From Candidatus Sericytochromatia bacterium (lineage in GTDB: Bacteria; Cyanobacteriota; Sericytochromatia; S15B-MN24; UBA4093): DNA of 64,000 nucleotides. Below, piece by piece: positions 49,701-59,973 of the stretch (positions within the stretch are counted from its first letter, which is position 1; each line of letters opens with the position of its first letter). The position numbers and the translations under genes are program-made. The stretch lies in the NCBI GenBank assembly GCA_036676985.1, contig JAKFBU010000056.1, forward strand, positions 64,001 to 128,000, written 5' to 3'. The notes beneath the pieces were generated by a model that was given only the letters and a program-made list of their open reading frames with translations, was not told where the DNA came from and searched no databases.

Positions 49701-52700
49701 CCTGCATGGCGCGGTCCTGGACGTCCTGGCGCCCGAGCTCGGCTGCGAGCGCCGCGAGGGCGCGCCATGCCTCTAGGTCGTCGGGCGCGAGCTGCGTCAG
49801 TTCGCGCCGCCAGTGCAGGGCCTCGCTGCCGGTGGCCTCCTGGATCATGCGCCGCAGGCAGGCTACGAGGCGCTCCTTGGCGGCGGCATGGGCGTCGTGG
49901 CCCCGCAGGAAGCTCACCAGGAGCTCGTAGGCCTCGGCCAGGTGGCCGTCGGCCATCAAGACGTCCGCGAGCTCCAGCGGCAAGGCCTCGTCCGAGGGCA
50001 AGAAGGCCATGGCCCTTGCGAGCCAGCCCGCTGCGGCCGCCAGGTCGCCCTCGCCCCGCGCCATGCGCGCGAGGGCCGTCATGGCCGTGGGGTCCTGGAC
50101 CTCAGCCGCCCACAGGAAGGCCTGCCGCGCGTCGTCCTGCTTCCCCTGCGCCTGCCAGTGGAAGCCCAGGGCTGCGATCGCTTGCCCCGGCACCTCGTTG
50201 GGCCGCAGGCCGATGGAGTAGGCGCGCTCGATCCAGCGCATGGCCTCCGCGGGTTCCGGCCCCCGCATGCGGTCGACGGCGAGCGCCAGGCGCTCGGTTC
50301 GGACGGCCTCGTCCCCCGGCTTGAGGTCGGCGAGCGCCGCGAGCGTCTCCCAGGCGTACTCGGCGTCTGAGGCCGCCCGGGCGATGGCCGCCCCGAGCTC
50401 CGCGGCCTTGAGGTCGCGCGCCCCGTAGCGCGCGAGGTGCTCCCGTGCCGCGGCGACCTCACCCGCCTTCAGGGCCAGGTCGGCCAGGTACCAGTTCGCC
50501 TCCGTGAAGCCCTGCTCGGCCGCCCGGCCCAGGAGCGGGCGCGCCGCCTCGGCCTCGCCCAGGGCATGGTGATGCATGCCGAGCGTCAGGGCGCTCATGC
50601 CGTCCGAGGGGTCTACCCGGACGATCCGCTCCAGGGCCGCCCGCGAGACCGCCTCGTCTCCGAGGGCCAAGGCCTCGCGCATGGCCTCCCGGTGCGCCTC
50701 GACGTCCTCCGGATCGGCCTCCGAGAGCAGGCGCCAGCACTCCAAGGCCTCTTCGCCCGCGCTCGCGCGCGCGATGCCGCGCAGCACCAGGGCTCTCAGG
50801 GCCCGGGCGCGGGGGTGGTCAGGCTGGAAGGTTTGCACGCGCTCGACGGCCGTGCGCGCCGCCCGGACCATGCCGGCCTCGAACTGCGTCTCGGCAAGCT
50901 CCAGCCAGAGAGCCGGGTCGTCGGGGAGCCGCTCCAGGGCCTTGGTGAGCCATGCCGCCGACTGCGGCAGGTCCCCTTCCCGGCGCGAGATCTGCGCGAG
51001 GGCCTTGAGTGCCGCTGGGTCTCCGCCCTGCGCGGCGATGCCGAACGCGTTGCGGGCCTTTTCGAGGTGGCCCTCGGCCTGGTAATAGGCGCCGAGCTCG
51101 CTCGCGAGGCCCATGTGGTGGGGGGCCCGATCCAGGACCGCCTCGAGCACGCTGGCCGCGCGCGGCAGGTCCCCCTGCTGTCGCAGGAGACCGGCGAGCG
51201 TCACCTGCAGGTCCACGTCCTCGGGGTCGAGGGCGACGACCTCCTCCCACCAGGGCAGGACCTCGGAGACCTCGAGCCGCCCGGCGAGGTCGCGCAGGAG
51301 GCGGTAAGCGGTCTGCCGGACGGCGCGATCGCCCGGCGCGCCCTCCAGGAGGGCTTTGAGGTGGCGCCAGGTCTCGGGACCGTCGGCCTGCTCGGCGGAG
51401 AGCTCGGCGAGCGCCATGCGGGCCTGCGGATCCGAGGGTGCATAGCCCAGGACGCGCTCGAACTCGGACCGAGCGCGCGCGCGGTTCCCCATGCGCAGGT
51501 GCAGGCGTCCCGCGAGCACGCCAGCTGCCGGCAGCTCGGCAGCCATGAGGGGGGCGAGCGCCTTGAGGGCAGCGTCGGGCTGCCCGCCCTTGCTCAAGAG
51601 CTCGGCGAGCATCAGGGCGGCACGCTCGCAGGTGGGGTCGATGGCGAGGATCTGCTGGAGGTAGAGCGCCGCCTGGACCTCGTTCTGCTCGTCCAGGTAG
51701 ACCTCGGCGAGGGCGAAGCGCGCCTCGACGTCGCGCGGCTCCAGTTTCAGGAGCTCCTCGAAGATGGGGATGGCCGCGGGCCCGGTCGAGGTCTCGGCCA
51801 GGCGGCGGGCCACCTTGCTCGCCAGATCCCGAACCCGGGGGGTCTCGTACAGCTCCAGGGGCAGGGCCCGGACCTGGTTCCAGGCCTCACGGAAGTTCTT
51901 CTCGACCAGGGCGAGCTCCGCAAGGCCCAACAGCGCCTTGGGGTCGGCCGGGTTGGTGGCTAGGACGCCCTCGAACAAGGCCCTCGCTCGCTCGAGGTCC
52001 TGCTCGCGCAGGGCGATCTGGCCCGCGAGCACGCCCCCCAGGGGGTGCTGGAGCACGCCCGGCGTGTCGAGGTGGCGCATGGCCTCCTCGACCTGCCCCC
52101 CGTCGAAGGCCTGCTGGGCCAGGAAGACCCGCGCCTCGATGTCCGCCGGGTCCGCCTTGAGGACCTCCGCAAAGGCCTTGGCCGCCTCGGTGGGTGCGGT
52201 GGCCCGGCGGGCGGCCGTCTTGGCGAGGGCCTTGAGGGCGTCCGGGTCCTCGGGATCCAGGACGAGCACCTGCTCCCACCAGCCCAGGGCCACGTCGTCG
52301 AACGTGCTCGCCGCGAGGCGCTTGAGGATGGGCAGGGCGACGCCCTTGGCCTCCTTGTGGTCGGGGTTCTGGGCGAGCACCCGCTTCAAGAGCTCCCAGG
52401 CCCCCGCGTCGTCGCCCTTGGCGCTCGCTTGCTGCGCCATGGCCAAAGACGCCGGGAGGTGGTCCTTCTCGAGCGCGAGGATCCGGCCGAAGAGGCGCAG
52501 GGCCTCGTCGTCGTTCCCTTCCCCCGCGGCCGACTTCGCCAGGCCGTGCAGGGCCTCGAGGTTGTTCGGCCTGAGCTCGAGCACGGCCTCGAAGTACTCG
52601 CGGGCCTCCGAGAACAGGCCCTCTTCGAGCTCGTTGTTGCCGAGCCAGAGGGCTGTTTCGATGTCGGTCGAGTGGCGGCGGAACCAGGCCCGGTAGGAGA

Positions 52701-54456
52701 GGACCGCGCCGTTCAGGTCCCCTACGGCGATCTGGGCCGCCGCGAGGCGTTTGCGAGCAGGCGAGTCAGAGTCGAAGGTGACGTGCCGGTTCCACCAGGC
52801 GACGGCCTCGGCGTAGTTGCCTTCCTGCTCATGCTGCTCGGCGATCGCAGCAGACACCTTGGCCTGGGTCGGCTTGAGCTTGGGATGGTTGGGGTCCAGG
52901 CGGCCGAAGCGCTCGCACTCGGACCAGGCCCGCTGGATCTTGTGGGCGCCCAGGGACAGGCCGATGAGGTGCAGGAGGCCCTCGGCGGTCTCTCCTTCGC
53001 GCGCCATGAGGGCCGTGTAGGCCTCGTGCCCTTCGGCGTACATCTCCGCGGCGTCGCAGGCGGCCGCCAGCTCCCGCAGGAGATCCATCTTCTTGTAGCG
53101 ATCGGGCAGGGCGCGCAGGACGCGCACGGCGTCCGCGCCCCGGTGGATCTGGCGGTAGAGGATGGCGGCGGCCCGGGCCGCGGTCTCGTCCTGGGCGTTG
53201 CAGCTCAGCGCCCGCTCCCACCACTTGAGGGCCTCGACCGGATTGTCCCCCAGCTCCTCGGCCTTCATGACGGCCATGTTGCGGGCGAGGGACTTCGCCG
53301 TCTCGCCGTGCTCGGCGTCCTCGAAGAGCCCCTCGAAGAGGGACCACGCCTCCTCCTTCTGACCCTCGAGCACCTTGGCGCGCCCCACCTTCAAGCGCTC
53401 CTCGGCGGGCAGCTCCGCGAGGCTGCGGCCCAGCATCGTCAGGCTCTTGGCCTCGTGGCTGAGCCCCAGGTCGATGGCGACCTCGATGGCCTTCTGGCGG
53501 AGGGCCTCGTCGGGGTGCGTCGAGAGCACCTGCTTGTAGATGGCGAGCGCGTCCTGCTTGCGGCCGATGGCGAGCATGGCGTCGGCGAGACGCAGCACGG
53601 CGGCGGCGTCCTGGGGGTGGCGATCCGAGAAGCCTTCGAGCAGGCGCACCAGATCGCCCATGCGGCTCTGGGTGGTGTAGAGCCGCTCCAGGCGGCTCAG
53701 GGCCTCGGGGTCGTCGGGGGCGATCGCCAAGAGGCGCTCCCACCATTGGCTCGCCCTGGCGGCGTTGTTCGTCAGCTGGGCGTCGGAGGCCTGGCTCCGG
53801 CAGAGGGACAGGAGCGCCTCGCGCAGACCCGGGGCCTGCGGGGCACGACCGGCGACGGACTGGAGGATCTTCCAGGCCTCGTCGCCGCGGCCCATGCGGC
53901 CCTCGATGTCCGCGAGCAGCAGGTACCCCTGGATGGTGTTGGGTTCGAGGGCCAAGGCGTCGCGCAGGGGAATGGCGGCGTCGGCCGTGCGGCCCGCCCG
54001 CACCATGCGCTCGGCGAGGGCGAAGCGGGACTCGGCGTCCTTGGGATCCAGGGCCGCCAGGCGCTCGAGCATGGCGATCTCGCTGGCGACGTCGCCCTGC
54101 TGACGGTGGATCTCGATGAGCGCCCGCAGCGCGGGCTGGAAGGTGGCATCCAGGAAGAGGGCGCGCTGGAAGGTGCCGACCGCCTCGCCGAGGCGACCCT
54201 CGCGCGCGAGCAGGACGCCCAGGAGGTAGGCCCCGGGCAGGGAGTTGGGCTGGTCGTCGAGGAGGGTGCGCGCATGCGTCAGGGCCCCCGTCAGATCGCC
54301 CAGCTGGGCGAGGACTTCGGCGAGGGCGAGGCGCGCCTCGGCATAGCGCGCGTCATGCTCCAGGGCCTGCAGGTAGGCGTCGCGGGCGGACGCGAGATCG
54401 GCCCGATCCCTGTGCGCATGGCCTTCTTGATAGTGGGCGAGAGCCTTGGGGTGCAT
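43762..54456 (-). CDS. Giant (3564 aa) tetratricopeptide-repeat protein
   Basis: Single uninterrupted ORF, GGGAGG RBS, continuous TPR-like helix pairs with recurring A..WW...L...P.D.EA units. Confidence 0.9.
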   Translation of the reverse strand: MHPKALAHYQEGHAHRDRADLASARDAYLQALEHDARYAEARLALAEVLAQLGDLTGALTHARTLLDDQPNSLPGAYLLGVLLAREGRLGEAVGTFQRALFLDATFQPALRALIEIHRQQGDVASEIAMLERLAALDPKDAESRFALAERMVRAGRTADAAIPLRDALALEPNTIQGYLLLADIEGRMGRGDEAWKILQSVAGRAPQAPGLREALLSLCRSQASDAQLTNNAARASQWWERLLAIAPDDPEALSRLERLYTTQSRMGDLVRLLEGFSDRHPQDAAAVLRLADAMLAIGRKQDALAIYKQVLSTHPDEALRQKAIEVAIDLGLSHEAKSLTMLGRSLAELPAEERLKVGRAKVLEGQKEEAWSLFEGLFEDAEHGETAKSLARNMAVMKAEELGDNPVEALKWWERALSCNAQDETAARAAAILYRQIHRGADAVRVLRALPDRYKKMDLLRELAAACDAAEMYAEGHEAYTALMAREGETAEGLLHLIGLSLGAHKIQRAWSECERFGRLDPNHPKLKPTQAKVSAAIAEQHEQEGNYAEAVAWWNRHVTFDSDSPARKRLAAAQIAVGDLNGAVLSYRAWFRRHSTDIETALWLGNNELEEGLFSEAREYFEAVLELRPNNLEALHGLAKSAAGEGNDDEALRLFGRILALEKDHLPASLAMAQQASAKGDDAGAWELLKRVLAQNPDHKEAKGVALPILKRLAASTFDDVALGWWEQVLVLDPEDPDALKALAKTAARRATAPTEAAKAFAEVLKADPADIEARVFLAQQAFDGGQVEEAMRHLDTPGVLQHPLGGVLAGQIALREQDLERARALFEGVLATNPADPKALLGLAELALVEKNFREAWNQVRALPLELYETPRVRDLASKVARRLAETSTGPAAIPIFEELLKLEPRDVEARFALAEVYLDEQNEVQAALYLQQILAIDPTCERAALMLAELLSKGGQPDAALKALAPLMAAELPAAGVLAGRLHLRMGNRARARSEFERVLGYAPSDPQARMALAELSAEQADGPETWRHLKALLEGAPGDRAVRQTAYRLLRDLAGRLEVSEVLPWWEEVVALDPEDVDLQVTLAGLLRQQGDLPRAASVLEAVLDRAPHHMGLASELGAYYQAEGHLEKARNAFGIAAQGGDPAALKALAQISRREGDLPQSAAWLTKALERLPDDPALWLELAETQFEAGMVRAARTAVERVQTFQPDHPRARALRALVLRGIARASAGEEALECWRLLSEADPEDVEAHREAMREALALGDEAVSRAALERIVRVDPSDGMSALTLGMHHHALGEAEAARPLLGRAAEQGFTEANWYLADLALKAGEVAAAREHLARYGARDLKAAELGAAIARAASDAEYAWETLAALADLKPGDEAVRTERLALAVDRMRGPEPAEAMRWIERAYSIGLRPNEVPGQAIAALGFHWQAQGKQDDARQAFLWAAEVQDPTAMTALARMARGEGDLAAAAGWLARAMAFLPSDEALPLELADVLMADGHLAEAYELLVSFLRGHDAHAAAKERLVACLRRMIQEATGSEALHWRRELTQLAPDDLEAWRALAALAAELGRQDVQDRAMQELVVRDPEDVSGAEALGLRWLSAGRGREARALLERAAQAGMARVYLAASEACAQSGDAEAAQHWLSAHLQQSPEAAGSPAVKRVRFAIALAASDPEAAWEALAELEPHLGPADAATLRMVRLSLAWAPLQAGSGEWLDRALALDPTDADLPGAAHTLLGHRALREGRPLDAKAAYATAASMDDAHAMVALACLLREEGSLAEALVWFQRAQRILGANAWFTIEHAEILAETGQLAAAAAMLDDLLEEEPAHARALALLADIVRSLAYEASGAEALAWWQKLAALLPDDDDALRHVVRLANELNRQTEVLQALEQLVESDPTDTASALALGEQRLAEGDYSGARYLLEQAAEAGLKQALLPLVDTCLNLGDHAGARRWIEVIEAQDPDEAAVWGMRRRLAHAEGDTEAEWLALSELTQRMGEPEVFHSAQLELCLAGASGERADDAMPWVARARELAPEDPRVWILQAECLERLARHDEAMAAYRKAFDLGERTAAVCQALLDEAAERNAHAEAFQWAMRLLEADAGHGEAKMRALAHARSQAELAGLTPEGASWWARVVELAPQDVGAMRHLMLALHGAGMGSEAAGWARKLLPLAAGDAEAFAVIAEHAAEQGDVAGAQKALAAILKARPDHALARLVMARLERRLGHLAQAREILNRLVEDQPDALLPRLELADLNLRQGQLEAAERELAAVLETHPGALGSPRARDLARTLALAAEERGRHAEALAWWKHLLKALPDEPEALRAAARLLRHLERPEEALSSLFAMAKQQPEPEDLLAMAELLLANRRHVEAKAILQSLTREFDHLGAWRQLGDLALATGDLAEAVEVAEALLAKEAEGADDFARRVATAQARSLDPAETPAESRQAWLQVLGFAPHDAEARLGVARAEMSLGDLDGAIEHLEALLKEAPDWPDAKAILAECLLRTGEAERAEHLFREVLDEHPAHPVALMALARSAQSRGEFVMAGEYCQRVLAIGDSPEADRARLLAAYCARQLAEAARLRRDFDQAFLYADLLVAYQAPTFDLMRFQAELARDAGRQAIASSRYRRLLIAHPEALDEGIQLSRSYPSPDEARTALEELWATHRPLAAAHALATLESDQGDHEAAIQWWERALVQEPAHPVILRRLADLCRREDRHREACDYYRRLAEATGFEPALLKTWGSTALAGDHFDLAKVPYERLATDHGDLTAALTLANVFARLEDYRSSWDWALKVQEAEENAEAEHLAQEAAYQLAESVADPAEAIAWRERYLAHVPEDVDAWIAQGRALADLERLAEAVEALAHARELSPASTEAGWQLGRVLLRQGDREGAREVFHSVLAEDPKHVDSRFALSEMAWEEGDIQGVWELGQELLKLDNKNPRAMELIGRCARLLAHEATEAGDWESAILYWELLLSFAADEVEALTNLGEAYVKAGRFAEAVGIHRELVRLKEGDPDVKFRHGEIAAMGGFWDEARVCFTELRDADPAHLATHQALAIVALGLDEPPIAAGHYRDALAIAPDDLLSLVGLGRLLMAEGELAEAWEPLKRAATLTEGEAEHAEYVALAKACAERLADMHASKQKWSEAIAFCGEIVQLDPDDMAARRRLADTFYQAGRKAEAIGVLSALLQADPGDREAAFLLGEIHRQSGDLEGARRIYHGILEQEPGHFDARLALAELAWDASELEPAWTHLQEALNARPNDEAALSLFRKLTLAFAERSSAEGDFPAAIQWWQLAWQQDRSDVELLRKMARAQVTVGHLSGAADTYAKILDADPKDLETAHILADIHRQRGDLRSAEGPLLRIVALDPRHVPSLRALMHLGRDRHNPPETLKRAYDLLDVEPQNTEALMMLAWAHEQMMERRAALEACADVIALQPQHAEAHYTMGRLARDLGDLDLAKKALTSAIYHAPKAAYYHAMGTVYLALGQQDEALAAFGQALVLDPDYAEAHADLGLGLMRVSQPDKAKPHLQRAFSLIPPDTERSLALQCALDLIG

Positions 54457-54527
54457 GCCCCTCCCATCACGATCGCGGGCCTAATAATATAGATCGGCCT
54501 CATAACGATACCAACGGCCCCTCCAAA

Positions 54528-54556
54528 TTGTCAAACCCCCGATAGCGGGGTAGAAT
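54528..54556 (+). promoter_or_regulatory. Sigma70-type promoter for the acyltransferase operon
   Basis: TTGTCA-N17-TAGAAT. Confidence 0.7.
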
Positions 54557-54573
54557 CTGCGCGGGGGACGTCC

Positions 54574-55473
54574 GTGAACCTCGCAAACCGCATGCTGTAT
54601 ACCACCTTCCAGCAGCTCTCCGCTCTAGCCGGCCGGCTCGGGCGCGATCGCGCCATGGAGCTCGCCGGGCGGTTCGCCGACGCGGTCTGGCGGCTCTACC
54701 GCCGGACGCCCTATCGGGACTTCGTCGCGGGCAACGTCATGGCCGCCTACCCCGACTTCACCGCCGTTGACGCCAACGCGCTCGGGCATGCGCACCTGCG
54801 ATCGCTCCTGAAGAGCATTGCCGAGCTGTTGCGCTTTCCGGCCATGAGCGCCGCGGACGTCGCGAGCCTGGTGGACTGGCAGGGGCGCGAGCACCTCGAG
54901 GCGGCCCTCGCCCGGGGCCAGGGCGCCATCCTCCTCTCGGCGCACTACGGCAACTACGAGCTCATGGGCGCGGCCCTCGCGCAGCGCGCCCCGGTGACGG
55001 TGCTCGTCCAGCCGCCCTCCAAGAGCGCCTTCGAGCGCCTCTTCATCGAGTACCGGAAACTGCACGGCGTCTCCACCCACTCGAACACGGGGCCCGCGTC
55101 CCTGCGGCCCGCCATCCGCGCCCTGCAGCGCAACGAGCTGGTCGCCCTCTTGGCCGACCAGCACGGAGAGGCCCAGGAGGCGATCGTCCAGCTCTTCGGT
55201 CACCCGGTTTCGGTTCCCATGGGGGCCTTCTACCTCGCGAAGAAGACCGGTGCCGCCCTGCTGCCGGCCTTCATCGTCCGCACGGAGCGAGGCCACACCC
55301 TCGAGATCGACCCCGCGCTCAAGGTGACGGGCACCCCGGCGGATGCCCAGGAGTACTGCCGGATCCTCGAGCGGCAGGTCAGGGCCCATCCCGACCACTG
55401 GCTCTGGGTCCACAACCGCTGGGCCCGCGAGTCCGAGCTGCGCCTGCCGCGCTCCGAGGAGGCGCTCTCATGA
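54574..55473 (+). CDS. Lipid A biosynthesis acyltransferase (LpxL/HtrB family)
   Basis: SAHYGNYE, LLADQ, P.HWLWVHNRW. Confidence 0.88.
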   Translation: MNLANRMLYTTFQQLSALAGRLGRDRAMELAGRFADAVWRLYRRTPYRDFVAGNVMAAYPDFTAVDANALGHAHLRSLLKSIAELLRFPAMSAADVASLVDWQGREHLEAALARGQGAILLSAHYGNYELMGAALAQRAPVTVLVQPPSKSAFERLFIEYRKLHGVSTHSNTGPASLRPAIRALQRNELVALLADQHGEAQEAIVQLFGHPVSVPMGAFYLAKKTGAALLPAFIVRTERGHTLEIDPALKVTGTPADAQEYCRILERQVRAHPDHWLWVHNRWARESELRLPRSEEALS

Positions 55474-56387
55474 AGCGCCTCGCCCTGGCGGCGCTGGTCG
55501 CCCTGAGCGTCGCCGCCCCGGCGTGGGGGCTCTCCAAGAGCGTGCGCGCGAGCGGCTACGACATCCTGGTGGGCTACCCCACCGGCGTGGCCGTCATCGA
55601 CCCAAACCAGACGGACGACTGGGGGCTCATCCCCATGACCGGGAACGTCGAGGCGGCCGCCCACCTGCGCGAGCGCGACGTGCTGCTCCTGCACGCACCG
55701 AACGTCGGCGAGCTCACGGTCGTCGACATCCAGCCCTTCTCGGCCTCTCGCTACCAGGTGCTCGCGAGCTACCGCTCGCCCGAGCTCTACCGGCGCGGCA
55801 TGCGCTTCGTGCAGTCCGGGACCCGGGTCTACCTGGCCTCGGGCCGCACGGCCGTGGCCATCCTGGACCCCAAGACGCTGCTGGCCAAGCTCGGCACCTA
55901 CACCTTCGACTTCTTGCCCCTCGTCTACGCGACGGGCGCCCAGGCCGTACTGCCGCAGGGCATCTTCATGCTCAAGGACGGGCAGCTGACCTACGAGGAC
56001 CCGCGCCCCAAGGGCGGCATCTCGGCCCCGGTCTACGTGCGGCTGAGCCAGCGCCCGCTCGAGATGCTCGCCGACACCGTGGCCTCCAAGCTCTACCTAT
56101 CGGCGAGCAAGCCCGATGGGACGGGGGTGGTGTTCGTGGTGGACGCCGAAACCCGCCAGGTCGCCCAGGAGATCCCGGTGCCGTGGCCCATCACGTCCAT
56201 GGCCTGGCTGGACAACGGCGAGCTCGCGGTGCTCTCCGGTCCGCGCCGGCGCCTCGCCCTCTACGACACCAAGCTCAACAAGTGGGCCCGCGTCTGGTCG
56301 CCCCAGATTCCCGGCATCCCCAGGCGCCTCCTGCCCGTGGGCAGGCCGCCCGAGGTCGCCCCGCCGCCGCCCGAGGAGGAGCCATGA
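55470..56387 (+). CDS. Exported beta-propeller-like hypothetical protein
   Basis: Sec signal (APAWG); beta-strand repeats (VAVID, LTVVD, VAILD, VFVVD); ATGA coupling at both ends. Confidence 0.75.
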   Translation: MKRLALAALVALSVAAPAWGLSKSVRASGYDILVGYPTGVAVIDPNQTDDWGLIPMTGNVEAAAHLRERDVLLLHAPNVGELTVVDIQPFSASRYQVLASYRSPELYRRGMRFVQSGTRVYLASGRTAVAILDPKTLLAKLGTYTFDFLPLVYATGAQAVLPQGIFMLKDGQLTYEDPRPKGGISAPVYVRLSQRPLEMLADTVASKLYLSASKPDGTGVVFVVDAETRQVAQEIPVPWPITSMAWLDNGELAVLSGPRRRLALYDTKLNKWARVWSPQIPGIPRRLLPVGRPPEVAPPPPEEEP

Positions 56388-57511
56388 AGCGCTGGCTGAT
56401 GGCCGTCCTCCTGCTCTCCGGATGCGCGGCCTTCAATCGGGCCGAGCCCGGCGTCATCTCGGGGACCATCCAGGAGTATCCCGAAGGGACGCCCGTCAAG
56501 GGCGCGCTCGTCCGGGTGGCGGGGAGCGATCGCCCGATCGCGGCCGACGCCCTGGGCCGCTTCAAGGTGGGCGACCTGGGTGCCAGCGCCAGCCTCCAAT
56601 TCTGGGCTCCCGGCCACGCCGTCGCCACCCGCCGCTTCAACCTCTTGCCCGGCGAGACCCGGCTGGTGGACATCCCCTTGCCCGAGGAGGGGGAGACGGT
56701 CCCGACCCGGCTCGTGCTCTTCGAGCGCAGCGGTCGCATCTGGGGCGTCGACTCCCTGGGCAGCGACGAGCGGGTGCTCACTCCCGAGCTCGCAGGCACG
56801 CAGGTCTCTCCCACGTGGCTTTCGGGTCACAGCCAGTTCGCCTTCATCCAGCGCATCCCGGGCCGCACCCAGGCCTGGAGCCGCTACCCCGACGGTCGTC
56901 CTGCCCGCTTCATCGCCGAACTGCCCGACTCCGCCGCCGAGCTCCGGTGGCACCCCATCGGCAGCTCCTTCGTCTTCACGAGCACCTACTACTCCCCCGG
57001 CCGCGGCATGGTCACGGCCCTGAGGTCCCTGGACCTCAACACGGGCGTCCAGCAGGAGCTCATGTCCAGCGGTGCGGAGGCCAATCCGGCCTGGTCCCCG
57101 GATGGCAAGCAGCTAGTCTGGGCCCGGCGCATCCCCCCGCGCCCCTGGCAGATCTGGACGGCGGGGCCGCGCGGCGAGCGCGCCAAGGCGTTTCCCGGCC
57201 GGGGTAGCTGCGTCGAGCCCGCCTTCTCCCCTTCGGGCTCGCAGCTGGCCTATGCCTCCAACCAGACGGGCAATTGGAACCTCTACGTGGCGGGGGTGGG
57301 CAACGGCCTCAGCGAGCCCGTCACGAGCGTGCCGGAGGGCGGCTGGTGCCGGCGGCCCATCTGGTCCGAGTCGGGCGACGAGCTCCTCTTCGAGAGCAAC
57401 TACCACCCTGGGCTCAAGCAACTGATGGAGGCGCCGGGCCTCTTTGCCGTCCGTCTCTCCACCCATGCCGTGCGGGCGATCGTCACCGACGCCCGGGCCG
57501 GGACATGGTAG
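56384..57511 (+). CDS. Lipoprotein with carboxypeptidase-regulatory-like domain and TolB-like PD40 propeller
   Basis: GAGGAG RBS; lipobox LSGC; ISGTI...G.PV.GA.V; PAWSPDGKQL, PAFSPSGSQLAYASN. Confidence 0.85.
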   Translation: MKRWLMAVLLLSGCAAFNRAEPGVISGTIQEYPEGTPVKGALVRVAGSDRPIAADALGRFKVGDLGASASLQFWAPGHAVATRRFNLLPGETRLVDIPLPEEGETVPTRLVLFERSGRIWGVDSLGSDERVLTPELAGTQVSPTWLSGHSQFAFIQRIPGRTQAWSRYPDGRPARFIAELPDSAAELRWHPIGSSFVFTSTYYSPGRGMVTALRSLDLNTGVQQELMSSGAEANPAWSPDGKQLVWARRIPPRPWQIWTAGPRGERAKAFPGRGSCVEPAFSPSGSQLAYASNQTGNWNLYVAGVGNGLSEPVTSVPEGGWCRRPIWSESGDELLFESNYHPGLKQLMEAPGLFAVRLSTHAVRAIVTDARAGTW

Positions 57512-57620
57512 GTTATGGCCATGTTAAGAATGGCTTAGGAAATAGCGCACCGCAAACCCGCGTCCCGCCTCGATCTTTTAAAAATGTGTAAATTTTCCGT
57601 TTAAACACGACTTAAACTAG

Positions 57621-57647
57621 CAAGATTAAAATGGAGCGAGGCGATAG
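57621..57647 (+). promoter_or_regulatory. Possible sigma28 (FliA)-type promoter
   Basis: CAAGATTA-N11-GGCGATAG versus consensus TAAAGTTT-N11-GCCGATAA. Confidence 0.35.
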
Positions 57648-57734
57648 AGAAAAGGAAGAAACGGTGGCGCGAGAGGCGCCCCGCGGGGACGAGAAAGCCC
57701 CACCCGACAGATTTAACAAGGGAGATGACTAGCG

Positions 57735-58130
57735 ATGAGCGGTAAGATTAACGGCAACGGCGGGCTCGGAGAGATCTTCAAGCGGATTCTCTCGGCCAAC
57801 AACGCCCCGGCCGAAGCGACCCCCGCCAGCGAGCCCGCCAAGGCCCCCAAGGTCCAGGGCGACGTCAACCTGATCGGCAACAACGGTGGTCTGTCGCGCC
57901 TGACGCTCGCCGCCGGCCTCGAGTCGACCCAGAGCGCGTCGGCTTCCGACCTGGTCCGCAACGCCAAGGACCTCAACGACCTCATCAACACCGTCAGCCG
58001 CGGCGAGTTCCCCGGCCTCAAGCTGAGCCCCGTGCAGGCCGCCGGCCTCGCCACCTACCTGCGCGACCAGCTCGAGATCCGCGGCTTCAACGATCAGAGC
58101 TTCAAGCAGATCAAGGATCAGCTCGGCTAG
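57735..58130 (+). CDS. Hypothetical protein, no signal peptide
   Basis: AAGGGAG RBS; host codon bias; disordered N-terminus and helical C-terminus. Confidence 0.8.
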   Translation: MSGKINGNGGLGEIFKRILSANNAPAEATPASEPAKAPKVQGDVNLIGNNGGLSRLTLAAGLESTQSASASDLVRNAKDLNDLINTVSRGEFPGLKLSPVQAAGLATYLRDQLEIRGFNDQSFKQIKDQLG

Positions 58131-58133
58131 CCT

Positions 58134-58415
58134 ATGGGCATCGACGGGATCTTCAACGACCGTCCGGCACAGTCCGATCAGCGCCAGCCGATCGGCGATC
58201 CGCGCCAGGATCCCCGCTTCGCTTCCGGACGAGGGCAATCGCCCTCGTCCGATGCCGTGCCTAGGGCCTCTGGCACCTCCCCGGCCGCGCCGCTCGGCGA
58301 CGATCGACTCCAGCTCTCGCCCGAGGCGCCCGACAACCCCTTCCAATCGCTCATCAGTGCCCGACAGCGCCGGCGGCGACGCAAGCGCGACGGCGACCCC
58401 ACCTCCCTCGACTAG
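58134..58415 (+). CDS. Small disordered hypothetical protein
   Basis: Starts 3 nt after the upstream stop and is followed by a terminator; contains DDRLQLSPEA and a basic RQRRRRRKR patch. Confidence 0.55.
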   Translation: MGIDGIFNDRPAQSDQRQPIGDPRQDPRFASGRGQSPSSDAVPRASGTSPAAPLGDDRLQLSPEAPDNPFQSLISARQRRRRRKRDGDPTSLD

Positions 58416-58445
58416 CCCGGCAGCCGCCGGGCTAGTCGTTTGTTT
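58409..58445 (+). terminator. Intrinsic terminator
   Basis: CGACTAGCCCGGC-agcc-GCCGGGCTAGTCG then TTTGTTT. Confidence 0.75.
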
Positions 58446-58563
58446 GGAGCGCGTTAAAAGATCGCCAAAAGTTCGTTGACGGCCACAAGCCTGGGCCCGG
58501 AGGCGGTATAACCCTTATAGCGAAACGGGCGAGCGATACTCGCCAAACAGGAGGGACGCAACG

Positions 58564-58860
58564 ATGGATGGAATCACCCCGACGACCGCCACGCCGAACA
58601 CGCTGAAGCCCAAGGTCGACTTCAACGTCAACGAGGCCTTCGATCGTTCCGTGGCGCTCCAGAACCAGTACTCCAAGATGGAGAAGGACGCGAACAACGT
58701 CGGTCTCTGGCAGGGCCTCAAGGAGATGGTTCCCATCTACGGCAAGAAGGTCCAGAACGAGCGCCAGGAGAAGGTCGAGATGCTGAAGAACGTGAACCAG
58801 CTCATCGCCCAGATCCGCGAGTCCATGGCCCGCGCCTTCGAGAACATGAACAAGGTCTAA
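58564..58860 (+). CDS. 98-aa helical protein, no signal peptide
   Basis: AGGAGG RBS; highly biased codons; amphipathic C-terminal helix. Confidence 0.85.
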   Translation: MDGITPTTATPNTLKPKVDFNVNEAFDRSVALQNQYSKMEKDANNVGLWQGLKEMVPIYGKKVQNERQEKVEMLKNVNQLIAQIRESMARAFENMNKV

Positions 58861-58932
58861 GCGCTTTACCTGCGACCATCGCCGCGACCATGCCTTCCGG
58901 GGCATGGTCGTCCTTGTGAAGGAGGCCCCGAG

Positions 58933-59973
58933 ATGGGTGGTATCAACAACGTCCAGGCTGGCAACATCCCCATGAACAACTACCAGGCGGCGGCCCTGGA
59001 CGCCCCCGCTCCGGCGACCCCGGGCGCCGCTGCTCCCCAGGGCACGGGCGCCCTCGCCGACGCCAACCAGACCAAGGGAGGCCAGTCGGTCCTCAAGGCG
59101 GCGGCCGTCTCCGAGAACGACGTCTCGGCCTATATCGGGGCTGACCTCACCTTCCAGGACAAGACGCCGCGCAACGGCGGCTCCAGCGTCACGACCGGCG
59201 GCTTCGGCGGTGGCTCGCAGGCCCAGGATCTGGTCTCCGCCTACGCGGCCGCCGATCTCACCAAGGGCCAGCAACAGACCAACTGGGTGGCGGCCGCCAT
59301 CGAGCCCCTCCAGGCCTTCGTCGGCGGCATCGTGCGCGACCTCATCGGTCAAGACAAGACGTTCTCGTCCTGGGGCGACCCACACGAGAAGACCGGCGAC
59401 GGCCTGCAGCTCGACAATCAGCTCACGGGCCGCTTCGTGGCCTTCAAGAGCGACGAGGGCGACCTGGAGCTCCAGAAGGATCAAGGCCCCGACCAGTCGG
59501 GCCGCTGGCCCGGCATGACGCTCAACCATGCCGTCGCCATGAAGGTCGGCCAGAACCGGATCAGCTTCGACCTCGCCCAGCCCGACTCCCTGACGGTGAA
59601 CGGTCAGCGCGTGCCCTGGAAGGACGGCGCGACGACCATGCCGGACGGCACGGTGCTCCAGATCGAAGGCAAGAACCTCTCGGTCTTCTCGACCCGGGGT
59701 GACGTCGTCACCATCAAGCGCGAGGGCTCGGATAGCTACCTGAACATCGAGGGCAAGATCTCGGGCATGCGCCCGCGCGGCAGCGTCCAGGGGTCCCTGG
59801 GCAACTTCGACGGCGACGGCAACGCCAACAACGACCTGGTGGCCCGCGGCGGAGCGGCGGTTCCGGTCGAGGCCGGCAAGGGCCGCAACTCGTGGGAGCA
59901 GATCGTCTACACCCCGCAGATCGACGCCTTCCTCAAGAGCTGGCTACTGAAGCCGGGCGAGTCCCTGTTCTAG
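58933..59973 (+). CDS. von Willebrand factor type D-like domain protein with GDPH motif
   Basis: AAGGAGG RBS; SWGDPHEKTGDG and VQGSLGNFDGDGNANND match the VWD start and end motifs. Confidence 0.8.
   Translation: MGGINNVQAGNIPMNNYQAAALDAPAPATPGAAAPQGTGALADANQTKGGQSVLKAAAVSENDVSAYIGADLTFQDKTPRNGGSSVTTGGFGGGSQAQDLVSAYAAADLTKGQQQTNWVAAAIEPLQAFVGGIVRDLIGQDKTFSSWGDPHEKTGDGLQLDNQLTGRFVAFKSDEGDLELQKDQGPDQSGRWPGMTLNHAVAMKVGQNRISFDLAQPDSLTVNGQRVPWKDGATTMPDGTVLQIEGKNLSVFSTRGDVVTIKREGSDSYLNIEGKISGMRPRGSVQGSLGNFDGDGNANNDLVARGGAAVPVEAGKGRNSWEQIVYTPQIDAFLKSWLLKPGESLF

Noticed and set aside
55343-57511. 722-aa ORF
   Set aside because: The N-terminal half is off-frame over 55470-56387; the real start is ATG 56384 with RBS and lipobox.
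57655-57715. c-di-GMP-I riboswitch in the leader of 57735 (GAAA, GAGA-loop hairpin, GGACGAGAAAGC)
   Set aside because: Only loose similarity; lacks the GGCAAA/GACGCAAA core and a second stem with a tetraloop receptor. An Infernal search against RF01051 would settle it.
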